Shown piece by piece: positions 36,022 to 46,212 of a DNA stretch of 64,000 nt (positions are counted from its first letter, which is position 1; each line of letters opens with the position of its first letter). Origin of the DNA: Candidatus Kapaibacterium sp. (GTDB lineage Bacteria; Bacteroidota; Ignavibacteria; Kapaibacteriales; UBA4661). A program made the translations under genes and the position numbers. Location of the stretch: positions 6,024 through 70,023 of the forward strand of contig JANYIG010000165.1 of the NCBI GenBank assembly GCA_025358765.1, in the 5' to 3' direction. The notes under the pieces are model-generated. The model was not told where the DNA came from. It made no database searches and worked only from the letters and a program-made list of their open reading frames with translations.

Positions 36022-37131
36022 CTATGGGTGAAATAATAAATCAGATGTAATCTCGTGCAAGGTGCGGCAACCTGAAATCGCCATTGCATTATCAAATTCG
36101 TCGCGGATACAATGGAGTGCAGTTTCCACACCACGTTCGCCATCCGCCGCTAAACCCCATAAAATGGGTCGTCCGAGCAAAACAGCCTTTGCGCCTAACG
36201 CAAGCGCCTTCAGTACGTCCGTGCCGCGCCGAATACCTCCATCCACCAAGATTTCGAGCGAGGAAATGGATGAATCCGCCGAAGACCGCACGGCTGCGAC
36301 AACTTGGGGCAATACTTCTATCGTTGCTGCCGACGTATCGAGCTGTCGTCCGCCATGGTTCGAGACAACAATCCCTGAAGCACCGTGTCGTGCGGCTTGC
36401 AGGGCATCGTCCGCTCGCATCACGCCTTTGACAAGCACAGGAAGATTTGTGATAGAACAGAGCCATTCCACGTCCTTCCACGTCAGCGAAGCATCTATAT
36501 TCTGAAAAAAATGGTTCGATAAGCCTGAACCCGCACTCACGGTATCAACGCTTGTTGCACCGATGGCGCTGTAATTTTTTGTCTGTATATCCGGCGGCAA
36601 ATGAAATCCGTTGCGAATATCGCGTTCACGTTTGCCAAGCATCGGCGTATCCGCCGTGAGTACGAGCGCTTTGCAGCCTTCATGTTCTGCGCGTTGCACC
36701 AGATCGCGTGATGCAGCACGGTCTTTGAATACGTATAATTGAAACCACAAGGTTCCGCCTACCTCGCGTGAGGTTGCCGCTACTTCTTCCAATGAATATG
36801 TCGAAGTCGTACTCAAAATCATCAACGCTCCGGCACGAGCCGCAGCGCGGGCTGTAGCAAGCTCGCCTTCTGGATGTGCGAGCCGTTGCAGCGCCGTTGG
36901 TGCAATAGCAATTGGAGTAGAAAACGTCTGCCCAAACAATTCCACATTCATCGAGCGCTCACCCACGCCACGCAACATACGGGGTGCAAGTTTGAGCCGC
37001 TTATATGCTTCGGTGTTTTCGTGGACGGTGAGTTCGTCGCCTGCACCACCAGCATAATAATCGTAAAACATTGGCAGCATTGCTTCACGAGCGAGTTGCT
37101 CAAGATCGAAGATGTTGGTGATAGTCGTCAT
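36022..37131 (-). CDS. FMN-dependent alpha-hydroxy acid dehydrogenase (L-lactate dehydrogenase / glycolate oxidase family)
   Basis: TIM-barrel FMN motifs (VSNHGGRQLD, substrate-binding region) and overall length of 369 aa. Confidence 0.85.
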   Translation of the reverse strand: MTTITNIFDLEQLAREAMLPMFYDYYAGGAGDELTVHENTEAYKRLKLAPRMLRGVGERSMNVELFGQTFSTPIAIAPTALQRLAHPEGELATARAAARAGALMILSTTSTYSLEEVAATSREVGGTLWFQLYVFKDRAASRDLVQRAEHEGCKALVLTADTPMLGKRERDIRNGFHLPPDIQTKNYSAIGATSVDTVSAGSGLSNHFFQNIDASLTWKDVEWLCSITNLPVLVKGVMRADDALQAARHGASGIVVSNHGGRQLDTSAATIEVLPQVVAAVRSSADSSISSLEILVDGGIRRGTDVLKALALGAKAVLLGRPILWGLAADGERGVETALHCIRDEFDNAMAISGCRTLHEITSDLLFHP

Positions 37132-37303
37132 TGCTCATTCATCAATTGGTGCTTTGGACATTCGGCGTTCGCTTTTTGTGCTTTGTTTTTGTATATTCAC
37201 AACTAATATATTCAGCGAAATTCTTCCGTTTAGCGAAAAAATGGAATGTTTTTCGCTATAAAAATATAGTAATCTACTAATATCGCAGTTTTTCCGCAAT
37301 GTA

Positions 37304-40132
37304 ATGAACATTAAATCAGAACTTACGACGCAATCGAGCAAATTTCAAACAACCAAATTTCAGGATGATGCCTCGTTTATCTTTGCGTGTTTCCGTGAGG
37401 TACTCTGCGAGGTCGGTGAAACGGCGCTTGCAGGTCTTTTGCCTTGGCAGGAAAGTGATAACGATGCCGATACATCACCAATTGCTCCCATTACTCATAC
37501 TGCGGGTGGAACGTTTGAAATTTCCGAACGCATGGCGCGGATGTATTCTATTGCCTTCCAATTGTTGAATATGATTGAAGAAAACATCACCGTACAGTAC
37601 CGCCGCCAACAGGAAAATCAACACGGACTTGCACAAGGTCGGGGCTTGTGGGGTAACGTCCTGAAGCGCTTAGTGGAAGACGGTTTCACCGAACAGGACA
37701 TAGCCGAGGCATTATCCAACGTCAGGATTGAACCCGTTTTGACGGCACACCCAACCGAAGCAAAACGCGCCACGGTGCTTCAACATTACCGCGAACTCTA
37801 TTTGCTGCTTGTGAAACGTGAAAACCAGATGTGGACACCTTTTGAGCGCGAGATGATCCGTGAGGATATCAACAGTACGCTTGAACGGATTTGGCGCACG
37901 GGTGAAATTTACCTCGAAAAGCCGGATGTGCGCTCGGAATTGCGAAATATGATTCATTATTTACAAAATATTTTTCCCGAAACGCTTCCCGTTGTGGATT
38001 CACGGCTCCGCGAAATCTGGCGTGGTATGGGTTTTTCAACTTCCACAATACCGCAAAACACGCCTGCAATATCGTTCGGGAACTGGGTGGGTGGTGACCG
38101 TGATGGGCATCCGTTTGTAACGGCAGAGGTGACGCGGCAGACGCTTCAGGATTTGCGATTAGCGGCGCTTGTGGTGCAACGCCGCCGATTGACCGACCTT
38201 GCCTCGAAACTTAGCGTCTCTGCACGGTTGCAACCCACGCCACCGGTATTGATGGAACGAATTGATGAATATATTGAGCTTTTGGGCGAGCGAGGGCAAA
38301 CCGCCGTCGAGCGGAACCCCGAAGAACCGTGGCGACAGTTGTTGAACCTGATGGTCACGCGGCTTCCGGTGGATGTGATGCGCGACCACGCTACGCAACT
38401 GAACGACCGCGAAGGCTCGTACCGCGATGCATGGGAACTCTACAAAGACCTTGAGATTCTGTCGCATTCTCTTGAAAACATCGGCGCGGGCAAACTCGTT
38501 GAACTTGAAGTACAAAAGGCTGTGCGGTCGGTGCAGAGCTTTGGGTTTCATTTGGCAGTGTTGGATGTGCGGCAAAACAGCGCTTTCCACGACAACGCTA
38601 TCGCACAACTGCTCGTGATGGCAGGGATGGACGGCGCAGATTTCCCTACGTGGTCGGAAGAACGGCGGTTACTGTTTCTGAACAAAGAACTCCTCTCGCC
38701 GCGCCCTTTTGCGCTTTCGGGCGCACGAATTGGCAAGGAGGCGGACGCAGTGTTAGATGCGTACGGGGTTTTGGCGGAACACTACAACCGCTACGGTGCT
38801 GCGGGGCTTGGTTCCTTGATTGTAAGCATGACGCGAAGTTTGTCGGATTTGCTCGTCGTGTATGTACTTGCCCGCGAAGCAGGACTTGCCTTCAACACGC
38901 CGGAAGGACTTGTGTGCAAGCTGCCCATCGTACCGCTTTTCGAGACGATTGACGACCTGCAAGGCAGTGCAGCAATTGTGCGCTCGTTTTTGGAGCATCC
39001 TATCACGCAGCGCAGCGTGGCGCACATCCAGAACGTACAGACATATTTACATCACCGTAAACTGCCGGAACAGCAAGTGATGGTGGGTTATAGCGATAGT
39101 AACAAAGATGGCGGCATTCTTGCCAGCCAGTGGAATCTCTACCGCGCACAACGCGCCGTTGCAGACGTTGGGCGCGAGAAGAAAACGGAAATCCGCTTTT
39201 TTCACGGGCGTGGCGGCACCGTCAGTCGTGGTGCGGGACCAACGCACTCGTTTATTGAGTCGCTTGCTCCCGGTTCGCTCACAGGCGATTTTCGTCAAAC
39301 GGAACAGGGCGAAACGATTGCTCAAAAATATGCCAACGTCCCAACAGCCGCTTACAACCTTGAAGTACAGCTTGCGGGCGTTACGGACGCGGTGATGCGG
39401 AATGCACGCGGCATGAAGCGCCCGCATCCGCTTGACGGTTTGTTTGGAGAGATTGCCGACCAAAGCCGCACCACATATGAGGCGTTAATTCAGACGGATG
39501 GATTTATGACGTTTTATGGACAGGCAACGCCGATAGACGCGCTCGAACAAAGCCGCATCGGTTCGCGTCCGTCGCGGCGCACAGGCAGCCGTAGCCTTGC
39601 GGATTTACGTGCCATCCCGTGGGTGTTCGCATGGAATCAAGCGCGGTATTTTCTGCCAAGCTGGTATGGCGTGGGTTCTACGCTCGAATCGTTTATGAAC
39701 GAGCGTCCAAGTGATTTTCAGGCGATTCAAGAAGCATTTCCCACGTGGTCGTTGTTGCACTACATCCTCACAAACGTGGAAACAAGCCTTGTGTCGGTCA
39801 ACACCGACGTGATGCGTGATTATGCAGGTCTGGTAGAGGATGAATCCATCCGAGAGCGCTTTTTTACCAAAATTCACGGCGAATATGAACGTACAACTCG
39901 CATGGTATCGCTGCTTTTTGGCGCATCATTCAGGGAACGCCGTCCACGCTTGAGTATTTCGCTGCATCTGCGCGACCGTACCTTGAGCGTGTTGCATCAT
40001 CAGCAAATGCTCTTGCTGAAACAATGGCGACGCGAACAGGCGGAAGACAATACCGATGGGGCGCAGCGCTCGTTGATGCAGCTTTTTATTACGATTAATG
40101 CGATTGCGAGCGGATTACGGAATACGGGGTGA
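37304..40132 (+). CDS. ppc: Phosphoenolpyruvate carboxylase
   Basis: VLTAHPTE and FHGRGGTVSRGAGP signatures, GYSDSNKDGG, and the canonical C-terminal ...RNTG. Confidence 0.9.
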   Translation: MNIKSELTTQSSKFQTTKFQDDASFIFACFREVLCEVGETALAGLLPWQESDNDADTSPIAPITHTAGGTFEISERMARMYSIAFQLLNMIEENITVQYRRQQENQHGLAQGRGLWGNVLKRLVEDGFTEQDIAEALSNVRIEPVLTAHPTEAKRATVLQHYRELYLLLVKRENQMWTPFEREMIREDINSTLERIWRTGEIYLEKPDVRSELRNMIHYLQNIFPETLPVVDSRLREIWRGMGFSTSTIPQNTPAISFGNWVGGDRDGHPFVTAEVTRQTLQDLRLAALVVQRRRLTDLASKLSVSARLQPTPPVLMERIDEYIELLGERGQTAVERNPEEPWRQLLNLMVTRLPVDVMRDHATQLNDREGSYRDAWELYKDLEILSHSLENIGAGKLVELEVQKAVRSVQSFGFHLAVLDVRQNSAFHDNAIAQLLVMAGMDGADFPTWSEERRLLFLNKELLSPRPFALSGARIGKEADAVLDAYGVLAEHYNRYGAAGLGSLIVSMTRSLSDLLVVYVLAREAGLAFNTPEGLVCKLPIVPLFETIDDLQGSAAIVRSFLEHPITQRSVAHIQNVQTYLHHRKLPEQQVMVGYSDSNKDGGILASQWNLYRAQRAVADVGREKKTEIRFFHGRGGTVSRGAGPTHSFIESLAPGSLTGDFRQTEQGETIAQKYANVPTAAYNLEVQLAGVTDAVMRNARGMKRPHPLDGLFGEIADQSRTTYEALIQTDGFMTFYGQATPIDALEQSRIGSRPSRRTGSRSLADLRAIPWVFAWNQARYFLPSWYGVGSTLESFMNERPSDFQAIQEAFPTWSLLHYILTNVETSLVSVNTDVMRDYAGLVEDESIRERFFTKIHGEYERTTRMVSLLFGASFRERRPRLSISLHLRDRTLSVLHHQQMLLLKQWRREQAEDNTDGAQRSLMQLFITINAIASGLRNTG

Positions 40133-40163
40133 TTGGGAAATTAAGAATTAAGAATTACAACTC

Positions 40164-41225
40164 ATGAGAGATTACATGAAATGCAAACTGTATCTGACGT
40201 TACTGGCATTCTGCTTTGCCACGCCGTTGCTCAACGCCCAAATCACCATCAAAGCTGTTGGCGACGTACTGCCCGGCTCGCTTACACCGCAGCGTTTTGT
40301 GCCCCCGGACTCCGGACGTGTATTCGTCCAGAATGTCAGTGAATACTTGCGTGGCGCGGATATTACGTTCGGCAATTTTGAGGGAAGATTTGTCCGCGAA
40401 GATGACAAAACAATGAAACCGCAAAAATGCTCCGAAGCCTCGCGCCGCAAAGGGATTTGTTTCGAGTTTGGTGTGCCGCCGCATCTGGCTCCAATGCTGC
40501 ACGGATTAGGATTCACGGTAATGAGCGTTGACAACAACCATGCCGACGATTACGGCACGGTAGCGGCAGAATACACCAAAACTACCTTGAAAGAACAAAA
40601 CATTCAACCCGCTCCAAAACAGGGGTTTGTGGCATTAACGGTCAAAGATAAAAGCGTGGCGATTGTTGCCTTTGGTTTCTCGAATTCGTCGTACAATGTT
40701 GCAGAGCCGGAAGCCGCAGCGGTCATCGTTGCAAAGTTGAGACAGCAATACAACCGTGTGATTGTGTCGTTTCACGGCGGCGCGGAAGGCAGGGGCGCAC
40801 AGCATGTTTTTGATAAAACAGAGATGTTTTACGGCGAGAATCGCGGGAACCTCGTGAAGTTTGCCCATGCGTGTGTGGATGCGGGTGCGGACATGATCAT
40901 CGGTCACGGACCGCATGTTCTCAGGGCGATGGAGGTGTACAAAGGCAAGCTCATTGCTTATTCGTTGGGAAATTTTCTCACCTACGGAAACATTAACGTC
41001 AAAGGTGTGAGCGGCGTAACGTGCGTGTTAGAAGCCAGCATGGACGAGGCTTCGGGGAATTTTATTGGAGGGCGCATCATTCCTGTTGTGCAGCGTGAAC
41101 CGGGTATTCCTGAGTTTGACCGCGAAAAACAAGCCATAGCGTTGTTGCAAGCACTTTCGCAAGCCGATTTCCCGCAAACAGGCGTTCTTATTGATGCAGA
41201 GGGGAATTTTATCGTGAAGAAATAA
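40164..41225 (+). CDS. CapA-family (PGA_cap) metallophosphatase-like protein
   Basis: A signal peptide, then HGGAEG...GADMIIGHGPHV...YSLGNF motifs. Confidence 0.8.
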   Translation: MRDYMKCKLYLTLLAFCFATPLLNAQITIKAVGDVLPGSLTPQRFVPPDSGRVFVQNVSEYLRGADITFGNFEGRFVREDDKTMKPQKCSEASRRKGICFEFGVPPHLAPMLHGLGFTVMSVDNNHADDYGTVAAEYTKTTLKEQNIQPAPKQGFVALTVKDKSVAIVAFGFSNSSYNVAEPEAAAVIVAKLRQQYNRVIVSFHGGAEGRGAQHVFDKTEMFYGENRGNLVKFAHACVDAGADMIIGHGPHVLRAMEVYKGKLIAYSLGNFLTYGNINVKGVSGVTCVLEASMDEASGNFIGGRIIPVVQREPGIPEFDREKQAIALLQALSQADFPQTGVLIDAEGNFIVKK

Positions 41226-41354
41226 TATGCAGTTCAGGCTCTTTCTCATGGCGCGTCAATAGTATTGCGCCAAAGCCGTGAATACTGTATTTTAGAGAGT
41301 TATACGACGCAATTCTGTGTTGATGATTTCCTGATTTATTAGATTTCATGCTCT

Positions 41355-44300
41355 ATGCAGCCAATTTTTCTCCCGAACGATTACAACACCATCCTTGTTG
41401 ACAATTTTTTCCGCAACGTACCCGAACTTGAACGTAAACGCAGCCTGATAGCACAGTGGCAGGAGAACCTTCGCACGGGTTTCGTGGGTGACCACAAAGA
41501 GGAATCGCTACAATCGCTTTTCCTGACAACTATCTTTGCAGAAGTGCTTGGCTACTCGTATCAAGGTGATGTATGGAATTTGGAAATCGAACAAAGAACC
41601 ACGCACGATACCACCAAAAGCGACGGCGCATTAGGATTTTTCCGTGTTGGTGCAGAGCCAGACGTGCGTGCCGTGATTGAACTCAAAGCACATGGCATCA
41701 ATCTTGACAAACCTCAAAGCCAGCGCAGCGACACCCATACACCCGTCGAACAAGCATTTGACTATGCTCGCAAAATGGGTGCGCGGTGCGAGTGGGTAAT
41801 TGTGTCGGACTTTGAGGAATTGCGGCTTTATCGCTATCCCGATGCGCGGCGCTACGAAGAGTTTTTGATACCGAACCTCCTAAACCCCGCAACCGATGAC
41901 GATACAGGGATTGAAGCCTTCCAACTCAAGCGATTTTTCTATTTGCTCGCCAAAGACCGCCTTTTTTACGAGCGTGAAAAAGACTATGACCAAGCGCCCG
42001 TCAGGGTGCTTTACACGGGCAGAATCAACAGTTTGAAGACCATTACCGCAAAATTCTACGATGGTTACCGAACCCAGCGCGAACAGCTTTTCTTCACGCT
42101 GCGCCGCATGAATCCTACAACTGACTTTGATGAAGTTTTACAAGCCGCACAAAAACTTATTGACCGACTACTGTTTATGCGATTCGCCAGTGATGTCGGG
42201 CTAACCCTTAACGTGCTGGACGTTTCACGGAAATATTTAACAGCGCTCGCCGAACCCGTGCCGCTTCATGAACTGAATTTGGGCTGGCAATATGTCCGTT
42301 TGCTGTTCCGTTCGTTCGACAAAGGCTATAACAACAAGATTCCACCCTTCAACGGCGGTTTGTTTGCGCCCGACGAGCGTTTGGAGCAACTTCGTGTTCC
42401 CGACGAAGCGATAGAGACATTAGAGCGATTTTTGCTGAGTTACAACTTCAAGCATGACCTCAAAGTAGATATTTTAGGGCATATTTTTGAGCAATCTATC
42501 ACGGACTTAGAGCGCCTACGTCGCCTTAAACCAAGCTCTGCCGAAGCCGTGGACGCAAAGCGTACCGAAGAAACCTCTCAAGAGATTTCTAAAGAACACT
42601 CCACTTCTAAACGCAAACAAGAGGGCGTGTTCTACACACCCGAAGCCGTTACCGAATACATCATTCGCCAAAGCGTTGGCGCATGGCTCGCCGACTGCAA
42701 AAGCGAGATTCTGAACGTACTCGGCGTGGATGATATTTCTCAACCAGAGGATGATTTTTTGCGGTGGAAAGCCGACAACGCAGCAATCATGCCGGATTTG
42801 ACGTTTGCGCGAACAATCGAACTCCACCTTGCCTTCTGGGAGCGCTACCAGAGCGCTTTGGAGAGCATAAAAATTCTCGACCCCGCTTGCGGCTCCGGTG
42901 CGTTCTTGACGCGGGTGTTTGATTTTCTTTGGGACGAGTGGCGGGTGTTGCGAGCAGAAACAATCGCACTGCGTTCGTTGCTTGTGGAAGAACAGGCAAA
43001 AACACAGACTACACTTCTGCCGCTCCGCTCTGGCAATGACGGAATGTTAGCGCCAAAGTCTCGCAAAAAAGCCGTTCCCAAAGCAGCGACGAGTAATGAA
43101 ATTACAATGAGCATAGACGAGCATACAAACGAACGTGAAGAAATTCGCCTGAAAAAACGCATTATCACGGAAAACCTCTTTGGCGTTGACCTCAATATCG
43201 AATCGGTGGAAATCACGCAGCTTTCACTCTGGCTCAAAACTGCACATAAACAAGAATCGCTTGCAAACCTCTCCCACGCCATCAAGCGTGGCAATTCGCT
43301 CATCAGCAAACGCAGCGTTGCGGGTGATACGGCATTCAAATGGGATAGCGAATTTCCTGACGTGGCGATGGCGGGCGGCTTTGATGTGGTGGTTGGCAAT
43401 CCGCCGTACGTTAGCGCAAACAACATGGATTACCGCGAACGCGAGTATTTGAACAAGGAGAAGGATTTTACGACGCTCGCCGGAAAGTGGGATTTGTACG
43501 TTGCGTTCATCGAAAAAGGCTTGCGCCTACTGAAACCAAACGGCTATCTGTCGTTCATCGTTCCTTACGGGCTGCTTAATCAACCATTTGCAGAGCAGGC
43601 GCGGGCATTCATCCTCGACCATTATATGCTTTGCTCCATTGCAGATTTACACACCGTGCGTATCTTCGAGCAAGCCACTGTGCCGTGTTGCATTCCCGTC
43701 ATCAAACACGTGCAAAGCAGTAACCACGAGGTTTCTATCGTTATGTTGGAGGGTGACGAGTTCGTGGAGCAATATCGTTTGCCCGTGTCCACATATCAAA
43801 CAACAGCGTTGCGAATGTTTCGCACGGAAAATCTTGCGCTCACTACGGGCTTATTGGAACGCATCAAAAAACGCGGAACCTCGCTTGGCAACTTGTTTTA
43901 CGTCTCGACTGGTGCGGAGATTCATGGAAAAGAACATCGCTCCGAGCGCGGCAAACTTACAAGCGGTGCAAGCAAGTTTGATCGTCTGTACGACACACAA
44001 CGCGAGGGTTTGAAGCCTTATATCGAGGGCGCTGCCATTCCAAAATCGCCACTTGGACGCTACTGTTATCCCAGTATCAACTCCTGGCTTGATTACTCTA
44101 ACCCAGATGCCATGCGCTCCCCAAAGTTCTCCGAGCTGTTTGATAGCGAAAAAATTATTGTGCGGCGTAGCTCCGGCTTATTGGGGATTTTGGCAACATA
44201 TGATGAGAGAAAGGTCTATACATCCGAAAAATGTCTGCTTATCGTGAGCAAAACCGATGTGCCGCATGACCATGAACAGCACACGGAATCAAGCCCATAC

Positions 44301-44591
44301 TCGCTGAAATACCTTCTGGCTGTGCTAAACAGTCGTGTGATGGATTTTTACTACAAATCAGTGTATAGTGGTTTTATTGATGTGTATCCAAATTACTTGA
44401 AAGCCCTGCCCATTCCAGCTATCTCGCCCACCGAGCAAGAACCGTTTGTGCGACTTGTAAATGAAGTATTGGAATGCCGCAAGGCGGGTGAAGAGACGTT
44501 TGCACAGGAGCAAGCCATAGAGCGGCTTGTGGAGGCGTTGTTTGGGGTGACGGATGCGGACAGTGCGCTCATACAAGCTAATGCTCTATAA
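41355..44591 (+). CDS. Type IIL/IIG restriction-modification enzyme, MmeI-like (fused endonuclease plus gamma-class N6-adenine methyltransferase plus TRD)
   Basis: N-terminal PD-(D/E)xK-like block GFFRVG...VIELKAHGINLDK...EQAFDYA. Methyltransferase motif X (GVFYTPEAV), motif I (LDPACGSGAFL) and motif IV (VVGNPPYVS). A ~400-aa C-terminal region is consistent with a target-recognition domain. Total 1078 aa. Confidence 0.7.
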   Translation: MQPIFLPNDYNTILVDNFFRNVPELERKRSLIAQWQENLRTGFVGDHKEESLQSLFLTTIFAEVLGYSYQGDVWNLEIEQRTTHDTTKSDGALGFFRVGAEPDVRAVIELKAHGINLDKPQSQRSDTHTPVEQAFDYARKMGARCEWVIVSDFEELRLYRYPDARRYEEFLIPNLLNPATDDDTGIEAFQLKRFFYLLAKDRLFYEREKDYDQAPVRVLYTGRINSLKTITAKFYDGYRTQREQLFFTLRRMNPTTDFDEVLQAAQKLIDRLLFMRFASDVGLTLNVLDVSRKYLTALAEPVPLHELNLGWQYVRLLFRSFDKGYNNKIPPFNGGLFAPDERLEQLRVPDEAIETLERFLLSYNFKHDLKVDILGHIFEQSITDLERLRRLKPSSAEAVDAKRTEETSQEISKEHSTSKRKQEGVFYTPEAVTEYIIRQSVGAWLADCKSEILNVLGVDDISQPEDDFLRWKADNAAIMPDLTFARTIELHLAFWERYQSALESIKILDPACGSGAFLTRVFDFLWDEWRVLRAETIALRSLLVEEQAKTQTTLLPLRSGNDGMLAPKSRKKAVPKAATSNEITMSIDEHTNEREEIRLKKRIITENLFGVDLNIESVEITQLSLWLKTAHKQESLANLSHAIKRGNSLISKRSVAGDTAFKWDSEFPDVAMAGGFDVVVGNPPYVSANNMDYREREYLNKEKDFTTLAGKWDLYVAFIEKGLRLLKPNGYLSFIVPYGLLNQPFAEQARAFILDHYMLCSIADLHTVRIFEQATVPCCIPVIKHVQSSNHEVSIVMLEGDEFVEQYRLPVSTYQTTALRMFRTENLALTTGLLERIKKRGTSLGNLFYVSTGAEIHGKEHRSERGKLTSGASKFDRLYDTQREGLKPYIEGAAIPKSPLGRYCYPSINSWLDYSNPDAMRSPKFSELFDSEKIIVRRSSGLLGILATYDERKVYTSEKCLLIVSKTDVPHDHEQHTESSPYSLKYLLAVLNSRVMDFYYKSVYSGFIDVYPNYLKALPIPAISPTEQEPFVRLVNEVLECRKAGEETFAQEQAIERLVEALFGVTDADSALIQANAL

Positions 44592-44714
44592 TGCTCTCTA
44601 TAGGATAGTGTTCAGTCATGATGAATAAATTGTCAACACCAATGCCGTGCGTTAGGCAGCGCATGCTGCCTTGTTACAAAGATAGAATAGCGGCTTCATT
44701 TCAGAATAGTATTC

Positions 44715-46100
44715 TTAATCCATAATCCTCCGCAGAAACGCGGGTTTGGTAGCTTGCTCTTGCTGGGTGAGTTGCCCATCCTCATCGGTAGGGAATTCGT
44801 CCGCGTCAATTTTATTGATTTTAATGCTGTTCACACCCAAACGTCGTTTGAATGCGGGTTCATCATATTTTTGCAATTCCTGAACACCGCTTGGGCTGCT
44901 CACGGGAATATTCCGCGTAACAGTCATTGTGCCAGTAGTAACAGTTGTTGCTGGAACAGTGCGTGAAGGCATTTGTATTGTAGTATTACCATTGCCGTTC
45001 GCTGCGGCAGAGCCTTGACGCTGTTCCGAATGCTCTGTCCCGCTGCCATTGCTGTGTACGACGTGTGCAAGACTATTGGAAGCGCCATTAGAACCACTTA
45101 CCTCGCCATTGACAGCAATTGTTTGGTGTTGCTCGCTCGCTACCGTTTTGCCAAACCCTGTTGCCACGACTGTTACCATGACCGAATCACCCATTGCTTC
45201 ATCAAAGACGATACCGTGAATCAAGTTTACATCGGCTCCCGCAGCCTCTTTAACTGTTGCAACAGCTTCGCCCATCTCGAACATCGTCATATCGGAACTT
45301 CCGGTAATATTCACTAATACGCCTTGAGCACCGTGAATAGAAACGTCATCCAAAAGCGGCGAAGCAATAGCGTTTTGAGCGGCTTCCACGGCGCGGTTCT
45401 CACCTTTGCCAAAGCCTGTTCCCATCAGCGCATCACCGGTATTTTTCATAATTGTCCGAACATCAGCAAAATCGAGGTTGACATACCCCGTGCCGGAGAT
45501 AATATCCGAAATGCCGCGTGTGGCATTGTGCAAAACTTCATCCACGCGCTGGAAGGCATCGCGGATAGATGTATGCTTGTCAATAACGGACATCACACGT
45601 TGGTTGGGGATAACGATAAGCGCATCCACATGTTTACGGAGTTCCTCAATGCCCCGTTCAGCAACGGCTCCACGTTTGCCTGCTTCCCATTTGAAGGGTT
45701 TTGTGACAATTGCTACGACGAGAGCACCGAGGTCTCGTGCAATCTTTGCCACATACGGTGCCGCACCCGTACCCGTGCCGCCACCCATACCAGCCGTTAC
45801 AAAAACCATATCGCAACCCATCAGGATTTGCTTGATTTCCTCAGCGCTTTCTTCGACGGCTTTATGACCGAGCGCAGGATCAGCACCTGCCCCCAAACCA
45901 CGTGTGGAGCCTTTGCCCAGTTGGACTTTGATGGGAGCGAGATTTTGTTGCAACGCTTGAATATCCGTATTCGCCGCGACAAATTCCACGCCAGCCAGTC
46001 CCTTGCTAATCATGCTGTTGATGGCATTGCCGCCGCCGCCGCCAACGCCGACCACGCAAATTCGAGCGCCGTGCGAGAGTGTTGATTCAAGCTCTATCAC
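44715..46100 (-). CDS. ftsZ: Cell division GTPase FtsZ
   Basis: GVGGGGGNAI tubulin signature and a long disordered C-terminal linker. Confidence 0.95.
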   Translation of the reverse strand: MIELESTLSHGARICVVGVGGGGGNAINSMISKGLAGVEFVAANTDIQALQQNLAPIKVQLGKGSTRGLGAGADPALGHKAVEESAEEIKQILMGCDMVFVTAGMGGGTGTGAAPYVAKIARDLGALVVAIVTKPFKWEAGKRGAVAERGIEELRKHVDALIVIPNQRVMSVIDKHTSIRDAFQRVDEVLHNATRGISDIISGTGYVNLDFADVRTIMKNTGDALMGTGFGKGENRAVEAAQNAIASPLLDDVSIHGAQGVLVNITGSSDMTMFEMGEAVATVKEAAGADVNLIHGIVFDEAMGDSVMVTVVATGFGKTVASEQHQTIAVNGEVSGSNGASNSLAHVVHSNGSGTEHSEQRQGSAAANGNGNTTIQMPSRTVPATTVTTGTMTVTRNIPVSSPSGVQELQKYDEPAFKRRLGVNSIKINKIDADEFPTDEDGQLTQQEQATKPAFLRRIMD

Positions 46101-46212
46101 TGTTGTATCCCTTCAAAAAAGTTAGTACACGTGTTTCATACTTACTGTTTGGCGTTGATAGCATAACAACATTTTCTCCCCAGATTTTGTCGTTGGCTAC
46201 CCGTCGTTCACG

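Noticed and set aside
37222-37259. 10-bp perfect inverted repeat tagcgaaaaa...tttttcgcta upstream of ppc
   Set aside because: It could be an operator or a leader hairpin. It is a single occurrence with no partner regulator identified, so it is noted only.
41355-44591. BREX PglX methyltransferase
   Set aside because: Considered because of size and the NPPY motif. However, no brxA/B/C, pglZ or brxL genes flank it, and the N-terminus carries a PD-(D/E)xK-like ELK block resembling MmeI. A solo Type IIL enzyme is favoured.
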